NCBI GenBank assembly: GCA_963828195.1
Contig: CAWHDT010000005.1
Location: forward strand, 320,001-384,000
Source: Candidatus Bathyarchaeota archaeon
Lineage (GTDB): Archaea > Thermoproteota > Bathyarchaeia > Bathyarchaeales > Bathycorpusculaceae
Reading direction: 5' to 3'
Length of the DNA: 64,000 bases
Under the pieces are notes generated by a model. The model was not told where the DNA came from. It did no database searches and saw nothing but the letters and a program-made list of their open reading frames with translations. Both the position numbers and the translations under genes were made by a program. Positions 29,126 through 37,840 of the stretch are shown one piece after another (position 1 is the stretch's first letter; every line of letters begins with the position of its first letter).

Positions 29126-30012
29126 AATATCTGCTTTTGGTTCCCATCCGTAACAGTGCTCACCTTCTACCGTTCTTTTTCCAATCGCTTAGAAGCATGA
29201 ACCCAAAACCTGACTATATCGTTTGGTGCACCAATAACAACACCGATAAGACTGTTCAAAAACTGAAAGCTTTCCGCGATATTCCCTCAGAAATCATTGA
29301 ATTGCCCGACTTTCCGAAAGACTTCATCAAGCAGAAAGGAGTTTTTGAGGCGATAAGCATCGTTCGTCAGCGCCTTTGGGAGCGTGCGCGAGAACTTAAT
29401 AGCGAATGGACTTTTATGTGTGACTCAGACCATTTTGTTGTTTCATCTGACATCTTGGAAATACTGAGCACTTGGAACGTGGATTTTGTTGTAACGCCTC
29501 AAATGCGCTTTGTAGAAAATGCACAGAAAAAGGGAGAGTACGCAATAATTTTAACTGCATGGCTGCTTGAAAATGGCAATTGGTGCCGTGTTTTTTCAGA
29601 CTTTTATACTCACGCATTAATTCCCCATCAGCTATTTGTTTGCCGCTCCACTCTAACGCCGCAAAGACCACTCCTTGTTCCTAACATGGCTGTGGCTTAC
29701 GGATTTTATTGCTTTAGCCGTCGCCTTGTTCAAGATTGCCGTTTAAATTGGCATCCGCTCTCAGATTCCACAGCAACTAAAGACCTTCCAATCGGTGAAT
29801 TCCTCGTACTTGCCAGAAACGGGTTAGTCGGCAAAAATGGCATGATTGGTGAGGATATGCAATTTGCTCTGAGTGCGCGAAGGCTTGGTTACATAATACA
29901 TATGGATGGAATAGCCGTTATCGACCATGTGTGCTATGACGAAAAAATTAGCGGAATTAAGGCGTGGGATTTCAACATGAATGCTTTTGTGCCTTCTCAA
30001 AGTATGCGGTAA
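29122..30012 (+). CDS. GT-A fold glycosyltransferase (GT2/Anp1-like)
   Basis: LLVPIRNS, NNNTDKT, CDSD (DxD), GEDMQF..ARRLGY. Confidence 0.85.
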   Translation: MKYLLLVPIRNSAHLLPFFFQSLRSMNPKPDYIVWCTNNNTDKTVQKLKAFRDIPSEIIELPDFPKDFIKQKGVFEAISIVRQRLWERARELNSEWTFMCDSDHFVVSSDILEILSTWNVDFVVTPQMRFVENAQKKGEYAIILTAWLLENGNWCRVFSDFYTHALIPHQLFVCRSTLTPQRPLLVPNMAVAYGFYCFSRRLVQDCRLNWHPLSDSTATKDLPIGEFLVLARNGLVGKNGMIGEDMQFALSARRLGYIIHMDGIAVIDHVCYDEKISGIKAWDFNMNAFVPSQSMR

Positions 30013-30104
30013 GAGCTATTATGACATTTCAACTACAAGAAACGCCTTTTTGGGGTCAATTTACGGCTAAAGTTTTTTAAACCAATCAACCCCTATTTTA
30101 TGTT

Positions 30105-30413
30105 ATGAGTGCTGACGAAAAAGACATTGTTTTTATGGTTAGCTCTGCGTGTAGTGGTTGCGGCTCTTACCTTAGAGCGTACAGTAAAGATTCGCGACTA
30201 ACTCGCTGTTTTGATTGCGGAGCAAGAAAGCCTCATCCAAATATTTTATCCGTTTTCCAATACGAGGAAGAAATGGTCGGCGAGTCAAAAGAACACGGAA
30301 CAATTTTTCAAAATCGTAGACGATGCAAGGAATGTGGTTCTAATAAGTATTTTTACATCATGGAGAACGGTGTTGAAAAACAACGGTGTGATGAATGTGA
30401 GGATTTATTTTAA
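30105..30413 (+). CDS. Double zinc-ribbon protein
   Basis: CSGC/CFDC and CKEC/CDEC. Confidence 0.75.
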   Translation: MSADEKDIVFMVSSACSGCGSYLRAYSKDSRLTRCFDCGARKPHPNILSVFQYEEEMVGESKEHGTIFQNRRRCKECGSNKYFYIMENGVEKQRCDECEDLF

Positions 30414-30431
30414 AAAATGAGGGGATACCCT

Positions 30432-30563
30432 TTAAGCCCTGCGGGGCACTTCATTAGAGTGCTTTTGGTTTAGAAAGTGTTCACCCCGACGCAAAAGAAC
30501 GGTTGTAATTGTCACAATCGCAAAGATGCTTAGAATTGCAAGTGTGCAATTAGGCACTTCTGG
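30432..30563 (-). pseudogene. Second orphan PEF-like sorting-signal tail
   Basis: PEVPNCTLAILSIFAIVTITTVLLRRG...*. Confidence 0.5.
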
Positions 30564-30611
30564 ATTCTCCAAATCTTTCTCGATGCATTTATCCAAGCAC
30601 TTCACCCAACA

Positions 30612-30804
30612 TCATTTGGCGAGTTGCGTTCCTTCTAAATAAACAGGGTATAGCTCTACGCCTTGAGGTGTGGAGGAATCATCAATTAAATGTGCAGTTC
30701 CATCCGGGCAATAGACTTTGTCACCCTTGGAGGCTTTTTTGTAACGCTTGGCACACTCTCTTAATTGAGGGCATCCGTCGCAATCTCGTGATAGTATTTT
30801 TCAT
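30612..30804 (-). pseudogene. Small Cys-rich protein frameshifted just after its start
   Basis: ATGAAAAATA has one extra A; restored MKILSRDCDGCPQLRECAKRYKKASKGDKVYCPDGTAHLID...LAK*. Confidence 0.55.
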
Positions 30805-30817
30805 TATCGCCTCTTTT

Positions 30818-31003
30818 CTATTTTATGAACCCCATGATGTACCTTTTTGTTGAATAAATCATAAGGCTTGGATTCCTTGAAGCTTGATCTTTTATGAACT
30901 TTCGATATTTTATCGCATAATATGCAAATATTGTTATAGATGAACTTGCGCATAATGCGACCAAGGGTATACCGGTTTCTTCCATCATTTTCCACCTAAA
31001 CAT
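30818..31003 (-). CDS. Small single-TM protein
   Basis: 61 aa with a hydrophobic segment; directly downstream of a motif promoter (31097-31135). Confidence 0.5.
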   Translation of the reverse strand: MFRWKMMEETGIPLVALCASSSITIFAYYAIKYRKFIKDQASRNPSLMIYSTKRYIMGFIK

Positions 31004-31096
31004 CGGTCTATTTCATTATTTCTTTTTTTAGTGAACACCTTTTTTGAGTAATATTTTTTATCAGTTTTACTTCGGAAAGAAAATAGTGGCGTTACG

Positions 31097-31135
31097 ATAA
31101 AAGCCTGATTGAGATATATTCATAAAGATTATGAA
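31097..31135 (-). promoter_or_regulatory. Island promoter motif copy 1
   Basis: Perfect TTCATAA-AGA-TTATGAA (31119-31135), ATCTCAA, TATA-like TTTTAT. Confidence 0.7.
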
Positions 31136-31593
31136 AAGTTAAGGTAAAATTATTATTGTGAGGCCGATGCACCCATGCTTAAAAAGCGTAGATACAACAA
31201 ACAACCTGAAACCGAAAAAATAGCGGGTGTAACTTCCAACAGCTTCATTAATTGAAATAGTAACTCTCCGGATATTCGTTTATAAAATTTTTAGTTCCAC
31301 GTGTAAAATATTTCCTTTCCTTGAAGATATTGCACTCACAAAAAGCAAATACAACTTTCCCCACCATGTTTCTCTACCGTGTTTGCGGAAAAACTCACAT
31401 CGCCCTCTCTTTATTTCCTTTCAAACTGTTATCTTTTGGTTGATGACTTTTATTTTACTGAATTTCGTTTCGTATCGTTCTTCGCAGTTCGCTTTTAGTT
31501 CTAGATTCACAAACGTAAACTGTAAAGCAAAATTTGCTTTTTACCATACAACTGTCAAACATATTACAAATATTGTGAGAGTATTTTTGATAA

Positions 31594-31631
31594 TTAAGAA
31601 AAATTCTGAACAAATCATAACCAGATTTAAA
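31594..31631 (+). promoter_or_regulatory. Island promoter motif copy 2 (upstream of Lrp)
   Basis: TTCTGAACAAATCATAA-N5-TTTAAA. Confidence 0.55.
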
Positions 31632-31901
31632 TAAGATGTGAACCGCGTTAACATATCGGAAATCGAAAGAGTGAAACCACAACGATGTTTGACCTCATGA
31701 ATCCTTTGGGGACTAGCACGGCTTCTTTGAAATCGGTTTTTGCGTATAACATGCTGTGGTTTAAGAAGAGTCCCAATGCAGAGACTGATCCAAGCGAAAG
31801 ACACTTGAGAATTGATGATAAAACCAGTTTGGAGAAGCCGAAAAAAATCAGAGCTATTCTAGAAAGTGCTTCTAACGGCATAATATCGAGGCGTACACGA
31901 G

Positions 31902-32381
31902 GTGGTTGCGCTGAAAAACAATGTTGCTGATAATTTGGATAACATAGATATTAAAATTCTCAATTTGCTTCAGGAAGATAGCCGATCAAGTTTTCACGAG
32001 ATCGCGAAAAGCCTCAAAATATCTTTAGGAACAGTTCATAAGCGTGTAGAAGACTTAGAGAATAGAGGGCTCTTGAAGGGATACACCGCAGTTCTGGATC
32101 CAGTCAAGCTTGGGTACGCAATGTCAACTGTTATTTTCATTCAAACTGAGGGTGGGCATCTTGATTATGTTGAAAACATTATTTCAAAGGCAGCTAATGT
32201 AACGTCAATATACGAAATCACTGGGGACTTCGACTTAGTCATAGTTGCAAAGTTTAAAGATAGCGCCGACTTGAGTTCTTTCATCAAACAATTGCTAACA
32301 ATTCGCCATGTCCGAAGAACCGTTACAGACGTAGCCCTCAACATCATAAAAGAAGAAGCCTCTCCAGCGGTGATTGGATAA
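31902..32381 (+). CDS. Lrp/AsnC family transcriptional regulator
   Basis: LDNIDIKILNLLQEDSR HTH and YEITGDFD RAM domain. Confidence 0.95.
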   Translation: MVALKNNVADNLDNIDIKILNLLQEDSRSSFHEIAKSLKISLGTVHKRVEDLENRGLLKGYTAVLDPVKLGYAMSTVIFIQTEGGHLDYVENIISKAANVTSIYEITGDFDLVIVAKFKDSADLSSFIKQLLTIRHVRRTVTDVALNIIKEEASPAVIG

Positions 32382-32778
32382 AATGAATATTCAAAATAAA
32401 TGATAACAAAATTTATGAAACGATGTGAAAAACCTGAAGAACAACTGCAACCTTCAACTCTCAGGCTTGCCCTAAAATGGGTAGAGTCTTAACAGCTAAC
32501 TCAAACGAAATTTTTCGACAAAACTAGCTCGGTTTGCTACCGTTGGGATTGCCAAAGACCAATGGATGATCAAGCGGAAGTCTCCCTTTTTTATGAGAAA
32601 AACGAACCAGGGCATAGAAAAATGGCCTGGCGAAGTTGTTTCGGTGAATTTAGCGGCATTACCTCCGAACTCCTTTTTTACAACATTGCCTTGAATGAAA
32701 TACTTCCAGTGATAAATATGATAAAAATTTATTTCATGCTAACAATAAGGCTGCCAAATGATTCACTATTCATAATTA

Positions 32779-32816
32779 TTCTTAATATTTGTGAACATTT
32801 CTCAAATCGTTTTATA
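32779..32816 (+). promoter_or_regulatory. Island promoter motif copy 3
   Basis: TTCTTAA-TAT-TTGTGAACATTTCTCAA-N5-TTTATA; near-identical inverted copy at 35231-35271. Confidence 0.7.
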
Positions 32817-32869
32817 TTCTTATCCTAACACTCAGATTTCAGAGCAAACAAAAAATAGGATGAAATGGC

Positions 32870-32995
32870 ATGTTGGATTTGGAAACTCCATTATTGGCGC
32901 GTTTAAGCTCGTTCACCTTACCCTTCATGTTTACGGGGTATGACAGTTTGTGCATGCAACAAGCAATAAGAGCAACATCCGGCAAGGTGGATTAA
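32870..32995 (+). CDS. 41 aa micro-ORF, paralogue of 35080-35178
   Basis: MLDLETPLLARLSSFTLPFMFTGYDSLCMQQAIRATSGKVD. Confidence 0.45.
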   Translation: MLDLETPLLARLSSFTLPFMFTGYDSLCMQQAIRATSGKVD

Positions 32996-33211
32996 ACGTG
33001 TATAGTACGATAATTTTGGATTGCCAAACCAAAACAGCCTTCTCCTGCTCGGAGGACTGCATCGCTTTCAAAACATGCACTGCACGCAAGAAGCGTCCAC
33101 CAATCCGCTCTCGCAGACATTTAGTAGTCATTGAAGCTCCAACCGAGAAAACGAGAAAAAACAGGCTGAAAATCTAACAAACAAATTAACTTATGGAAGA
33201 GTAAAAACGAA

Positions 33212-33337
33212 ATGAAAGTTGTTGCTGCATGGAGCGGCGGAAAAGACAGTTGCTACGCGTACTATTTGGCAATGCAACAAGGCCACGAGGTAATCAACCT
33301 TTTAATATATGAGCTTAATACGCTTCAAACTTATTAA
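33212..33337 (+). pseudogene. N-terminal fragment of a diphthine-ammonia-ligase-family (Dph6-like) PP-loop ATPase
   Basis: MKVVAAWSGGKDSCYAYYLAMQQGHEVINLL then truncation. Confidence 0.8.
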
Positions 33338-33540
33338 GAAGACAGATTTAAATAAAATTGCAGGTGAGATTCACCTCATCATTCAAAGGGGTCTTTGGGC
33401 TTTTCAACATTTGATTGGCGACAGACCAGTAACCTCATAAAGCTTCTTCATGTCTATATTTGCTCTTACGATTTCGGCTAACTTATCCAAATTTTCTTCC
33501 CAGATCTTCTGAATGTTTTCTTCACGGTGAAAACTTGTCT

Positions 33541-34962
33541 TTAGCTGTTTTTTTCTAAGAGAAACCCAACTAAAGCCCGCCTTAGCGGTGGATCATCGAA
33601 GAGACCGTGAAGATATGTACCAAAGATAACGCCGGCATTATCACATGCGCCGTCAAGTCTCTCGAATGTGTTGTCGTCACGCTTTACTACCTTAAAGATC
33701 GGACGGGCTTTTTCGCCTAGTACAGTTGAACCCATATGGATTTCGTAACCCACAATCCTTTGCCCCCTCACTTGATCGAATATATGGCCCGATCCTATTA
33801 TCTCGGCCTCAAGCTGATTGGTGGTCTTGCCATAGAAATCGAATTTTGTTGAGACGTCAAGCAGCCCTAGCCCTCTAATAGTTGTGGGAAGGCCACCTTC
33901 AATTCCCTTTTCATCCACCAGCTCTTTACCGAGCATCTGGAATCCGCCACAAACACCAATCACTGGAACACCTTTCCCCGCAAGGTCAACGATTTTTTCT
34001 GCGAACCCAGACTGTTTCAGCCACAGAAAGTCTTGGATAGTGTTCTTGGTTCCAGGTATGACAATGGCATCCGGCGAGCCCAATTCCCGTGTTGACCCGA
34101 CAAAGTTCACTTTTACGTTTGGTTCGATTTCTAACGGGTGGAAATCCGTGAAATTTGAAATCATGGGCAGACGGATAACGGCAATTTCGACATTTGTCCC
34201 AGTGTGCGCAACAGTTTTTTCCATTAGTCCTATTGAATCTTCATCAGGGAGGACAAGTCCTTCAATACGAGGAATTGCTCCAACTATGGGCCATCCAGTT
34301 TTCTCTTCGATGATTGAAGAGCATGGCTTGAGAAAATCTTTTCGTCCCTCCCATTTATTGATTATCACTCCTTTGATTCTGTTTCTGCTGTCTTCGTCAA
34401 GCAACTCATGGATGCCGACGACGGAAGCCATAGCCCCTCCTCTGGCGCAGTTTATATCCGCAACCAATAAAACAGGAGCCTCAGCTATTTCTGCCGTCTT
34501 CATGTTAACAACGCTTACATTAAAGTAATCGTCCGTGGGGCATCCCGCTCCTTCAATGACTACTACGTCAGACTCCGACTTCAGTCGCTCAAGGGATTCC
34601 TCAATCACTTTGGTCAAAAGCGCAGCAAATTTTCCATGCTGCCAGTAGTCATCAACCGCGACATCGCAGTACGGCTTTCCGTGAATTATCAACTGAATGT
34701 CTTTTCCTATTTCCTTCGGTTTCACTAGGATCGGGTTCATGTCAACAGTGGGTTCTACGCAGGCGGCCATTGCCTGCAGAACTTGGATTCTGGCCATTTC
34801 GCCGTCTTTGGCGACGAAGGAATTTAGGGACATGTTCTGCGACTTGAATGGGACGACCTTGTACCCATCTTTGGCGAAAATTCTGCATAACGCTGCAACT
34901 ATTATGCTTTTCCCAACTTGGCTTCCGGTACCTTGAATCATTAGAGTCTTTGCTTTCTTCAT
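33541..34962 (-). CDS. cobQ: Cobyric acid synthase; the C-terminal ~48 aa are out of frame (extend to 33404)
   Basis: GTGSQVGKS, PFKSQNMSLNS, MNPILVKP, ISNFTDF, GVCGGFQMLG, GYEIHMG, GTYLHGLF. Confidence 0.92.
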   Translation of the reverse strand: MKKAKTLMIQGTGSQVGKSIIVAALCRIFAKDGYKVVPFKSQNMSLNSFVAKDGEMARIQVLQAMAACVEPTVDMNPILVKPKEIGKDIQLIIHGKPYCDVAVDDYWQHGKFAALLTKVIEESLERLKSESDVVVIEGAGCPTDDYFNVSVVNMKTAEIAEAPVLLVADINCARGGAMASVVGIHELLDEDSRNRIKGVIINKWEGRKDFLKPCSSIIEEKTGWPIVGAIPRIEGLVLPDEDSIGLMEKTVAHTGTNVEIAVIRLPMISNFTDFHPLEIEPNVKVNFVGSTRELGSPDAIVIPGTKNTIQDFLWLKQSGFAEKIVDLAGKGVPVIGVCGGFQMLGKELVDEKGIEGGLPTTIRGLGLLDVSTKFDFYGKTTNQLEAEIIGSGHIFDQVRGQRIVGYEIHMGSTVLGEKARPIFKVVKRDDNTFERLDGACDNAGVIFGTYLHGLFDDPPLRRALVGFLLEKNS

Positions 34963-35079
34963 TACTAAACCCCGTTCGGTATACTAAACACCTTTTCTAC
35001 ATAACCTTTGAACTTCTACATAGAATTGGCAACCAAAACAATCGTGCTATTTAAGTCAAGCCTCTATTGATCTTTACTC

Positions 35080-35178
35080 TTAGAACTTGTTGCACCCGAA
35101 CGAACTCCTATTCCTCATGAATGTAAAAGGTGTGGTAAACAAGTCTGGACCTGCGCATACAAAGATTCCCAAATTCAA
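35080..35178 (-). CDS. 32 aa micro-ORF, paralogue of 32870-32995
   Basis: TTG start; MNLGIFVCAGPDLFTTPFTFMRNRSSFGCNKF. Confidence 0.35.
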   Translation of the reverse strand: MNLGIFVCAGPDLFTTPFTFMRNRSSFGCNKF

Positions 35179-35230
35179 CTGTCTTTCACCCAATTTTTTG
35201 TTTTGGCTCTAAAATTAAATTGATATTTCA

Positions 35231-35271
35231 TTATATAAGGTGATTTGAGAAATGTTCATAAATATTAAGAA
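35231..35271 (-). promoter_or_regulatory. Island promoter motif copy 4 (upstream of cobQ)
   Basis: Minus strand TTCTTAA-TAT-TTATGAACATTTCTCAA then TTATATA. Confidence 0.7.
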
Positions 35272-35593
35272 TAGTTAAACGATCAAACACCATTTTAAAG
35301 ATTATTTGAATCAACATCTATGTTGCCTGCAACAATTCCCTATCCGACTTGACTTCTCTTGTTGAGAAAAAAATAGGAAAAGTCATAAGGCAATAAGCAA
35401 ATGTAGCTAAAAACATAGTTGTGCATAGTTTGACTAAGGATACTGGTTTCTTAAATCATTTTTCAAAACCTGAACGTGATGTAAATGTTTTCTTTTCCGG
35501 TAAAACTATCTTTAACGGTAATGCTTTTTTCATTTTTAATCAGTATAACTTTTGGAAGAAAACTAGAGTTTTTTTAAAAAAGAAAAGGGGGGA

Positions 35594-37156
35594 TTAAGTT
35601 TTTTTCCAGAACTTGATTGTTCTGGATTTGGTGGTTTTGGTCGCGGTTGTGTCATCTTCGTCTTTGCCTGGGAATGGGAACAAGCCAGAGGGCTTAGATT
35701 TTGAGTTAACGCGGAAATAGACCAAGCCTATTGCCAACCATATTGCGGTGCCGACTATAGCAAAGATACCTTCCGATGACGACGCCCCTCCACCAGCAAA
35801 GCTAAGATACACAATAGTAGCCATCATAACGGCGTTAGCAGCGAAGCCTGCAATTGGAACTACTTTGCGTTTGAAGATGTTACTGCGCTCTTTCGTAAAT
35901 GCGATCAGTGCCACGATGTTTGTTATTGCATAGAGCAGGAAGGTGCCAAAGTTTGATAGCAATGTGATTGATGTTAGGTTTGTGATTGTCAGCACTCCGA
36001 AAGATCCTATAGCTGCTGCAACAGCTGTCATTATCCAAATTCCAATCCCTGGAGTTTGGTATTTTGGGTTTAGCTTGCTTAGGTGATACGGTACTTCAGT
36101 GTCTCGGCTGATTGCGTAGGTTACTCTAACTCCGGTGTTCATGCACGCAAGGGTAGTGCCTAATATTGCAGCGGCCACAATCGCAGCTATTATTAACTCC
36201 AGTGTGAATCCGTTGCCGCCGAGAAATACGTTTCCGAGGTTGCGAACCATATCGCCGATGGGGGCGCTTGAGACTGCGGCAGCGCTAAATCCTCTGTATA
36301 CTTGGCCATTTTGCGTTATGGTGTAGCTGCTGTTCATCCAAGCTTCAGCGCCGAAGTACTCGAACAGATACGCGAAAAGACCTTGGATAACTAGCGATAG
36401 TATGATTGCTTTAGGAACCGTCTTAGGATCTTTGGCTTCTGCGGTGTATGCTGTTGCGGATTCGAATCCGACTAGTACTAAGATAGCGATGGTCGCTTGA
36501 AATAGCACAGTGCTAATGTCATGAGGTGTAACTATTCCGCCTAAGCTCGTGAACGTGAAGCTTACGTGTTGAGGGTTGGTAAAACGGAATGCTAATGCCA
36601 TGCCGGTGATAACGACAAGCATACCGATTTGAACTATGTTGAGGAGCAGGTTTGTTTTTGTTGATCCTTGAATTCCGCGGTAAGCTATCGCGCCTGTGAC
36701 AACAGCAAATAAGCAAGCGATACCAATTTCGCCTAAGGGTGAAATGCTGAAGCCAAGTACCGATAAAATCCATGTGAGCAGGATAGACATAGCTGCAACC
36801 ATGACTCCAGGGTAGACCCAGTAGTAGAGGTGAGAAATCCAGCCGACACCGAACTTTGCGTTTCTCGCTGAAGTGTTGCTTGCACCGTTGTCTAGCAAGG
36901 CTCTTTGAGCAAAGTAATACGAGCTGCCGGGACCTGCATCAGGGTAACGCCGAGCTAGCCACGAATAAGACGCGGCAGTTAGGAACGCCAAAATTAATGC
37001 TAATGTAAGGCCAAAAAATATGTCGTTGGCGGTTGAAGCGCCAGACGGGGTGGTCTGAGCTGCGTTTATCTGGAAAGTGAGCCACAAGAACGCTCCTGGA
37101 GCTATTAAGGCCATGGCGTTTATCGTTATACCGCCTAGGCTGAGAGTTTTTTTCAA
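35594..37156 (-). CDS. APC-family amino acid/amine permease
   Basis: About 12 TM; LIAPGAF, AGPGSSYYF, LVGFES, GVRVTYAI. Confidence 0.92.
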   Translation of the reverse strand: MKKTLSLGGITINAMALIAPGAFLWLTFQINAAQTTPSGASTANDIFFGLTLALILAFLTAASYSWLARRYPDAGPGSSYYFAQRALLDNGASNTSARNAKFGVGWISHLYYWVYPGVMVAAMSILLTWILSVLGFSISPLGEIGIACLFAVVTGAIAYRGIQGSTKTNLLLNIVQIGMLVVITGMALAFRFTNPQHVSFTFTSLGGIVTPHDISTVLFQATIAILVLVGFESATAYTAEAKDPKTVPKAIILSLVIQGLFAYLFEYFGAEAWMNSSYTITQNGQVYRGFSAAAVSSAPIGDMVRNLGNVFLGGNGFTLELIIAAIVAAAILGTTLACMNTGVRVTYAISRDTEVPYHLSKLNPKYQTPGIGIWIMTAVAAAIGSFGVLTITNLTSITLLSNFGTFLLYAITNIVALIAFTKERSNIFKRKVVPIAGFAANAVMMATIVYLSFAGGGASSSEGIFAIVGTAIWLAIGLVYFRVNSKSKPSGLFPFPGKDEDDTTATKTTKSRTIKFWKKT

Positions 37157-37371
37157 TTGAGTTTTGTTTTGCGTCTGTGAACCTGTTGAATCAGTAGAGA
37201 TCTATCTTCCCTCCTCTGAGTGGTAAGCTGGAAATAGTGGAAAATATTTTTTTGCCTTTTTTAACGAGTAGAGTGTCGGGCTTTCTGCTTGATTTGTTTA
37301 CATTTGGAGATTCCATTCTCTTTTTCATCTAGTAACACCGAACTTTTAGTCAATAAAGCAAGTCCAGCGAA

Positions 37372-37410
37372 ATATAAACCTAATTAAGATTTGTTCATAA
37401 CTTTTATGAT
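37372..37410 (-). promoter_or_regulatory. Island promoter motif copy 5 (upstream of the permease)
   Basis: Minus strand ATCATAA-AAG-TTATGAACAAATCTTAA-N5-TTTATA. Confidence 0.7.
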
Positions 37411-37840
37411 AAACAAAAATAATGTTCAATTAAAATAATTTATATTAGACATTTGGCTGGTAATTGCCGCTTTTCTTTGTCACCTTGGTTTGAAACATTT
37501 CGTTGGTGAAGCAGGCTATCGCTCATTTATGAGTTCTTTGATCGGTCAAGGTATTGAAAGTCATCAAGTTGACGTTTGGCAAAGAGGTTGCAAAGAACTT
37601 GTGCCTCTTAAAGGGATAAATCAAATAATGTTGGTAGTGCAGTAATCACAATGAGTTGTTCTCCGTCCGCCGTCTGGAGAAAAATCAAATTTAAGACACC
37701 AGTATCAACTTTGAGCTTTGGGACGGCCAATGAGGTTTTCTGGGGTGTCCAACACTTTCAAGATTTCGAGGGAGAGTTATGATAACGACAATCAAACATT
37801 TAATTGGCTTAAACTACGGTGCGGTGCTATATGTTTCTGT

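Larger units (their letters stand above)
23130..30563. mobile_element. Cryptic integrated element (tyrosine recombinase, RHH/wHTH switch, glycosyltransferase, Zn-binding ORFs); boundaries approximate
   Basis: Recombinase, divergent regulators, run of short ORFans, repeat-rich non-coding left end, PEF-type tails at both ends. Confidence 0.7.

Noticed and set aside
33212-33337. Dph6-like stub as evidence that diphthamide synthesis was lost alongside the EF-2 paralogue
   Set aside because: This PP-loop family has paralogues and the rest of the genome is not visible.
33884-34528. Long antisense ORFs (also 16228-16779, 52296-52790 and many shorter ones)
   Set aside because: Shadow frames opposite well-supported genes.
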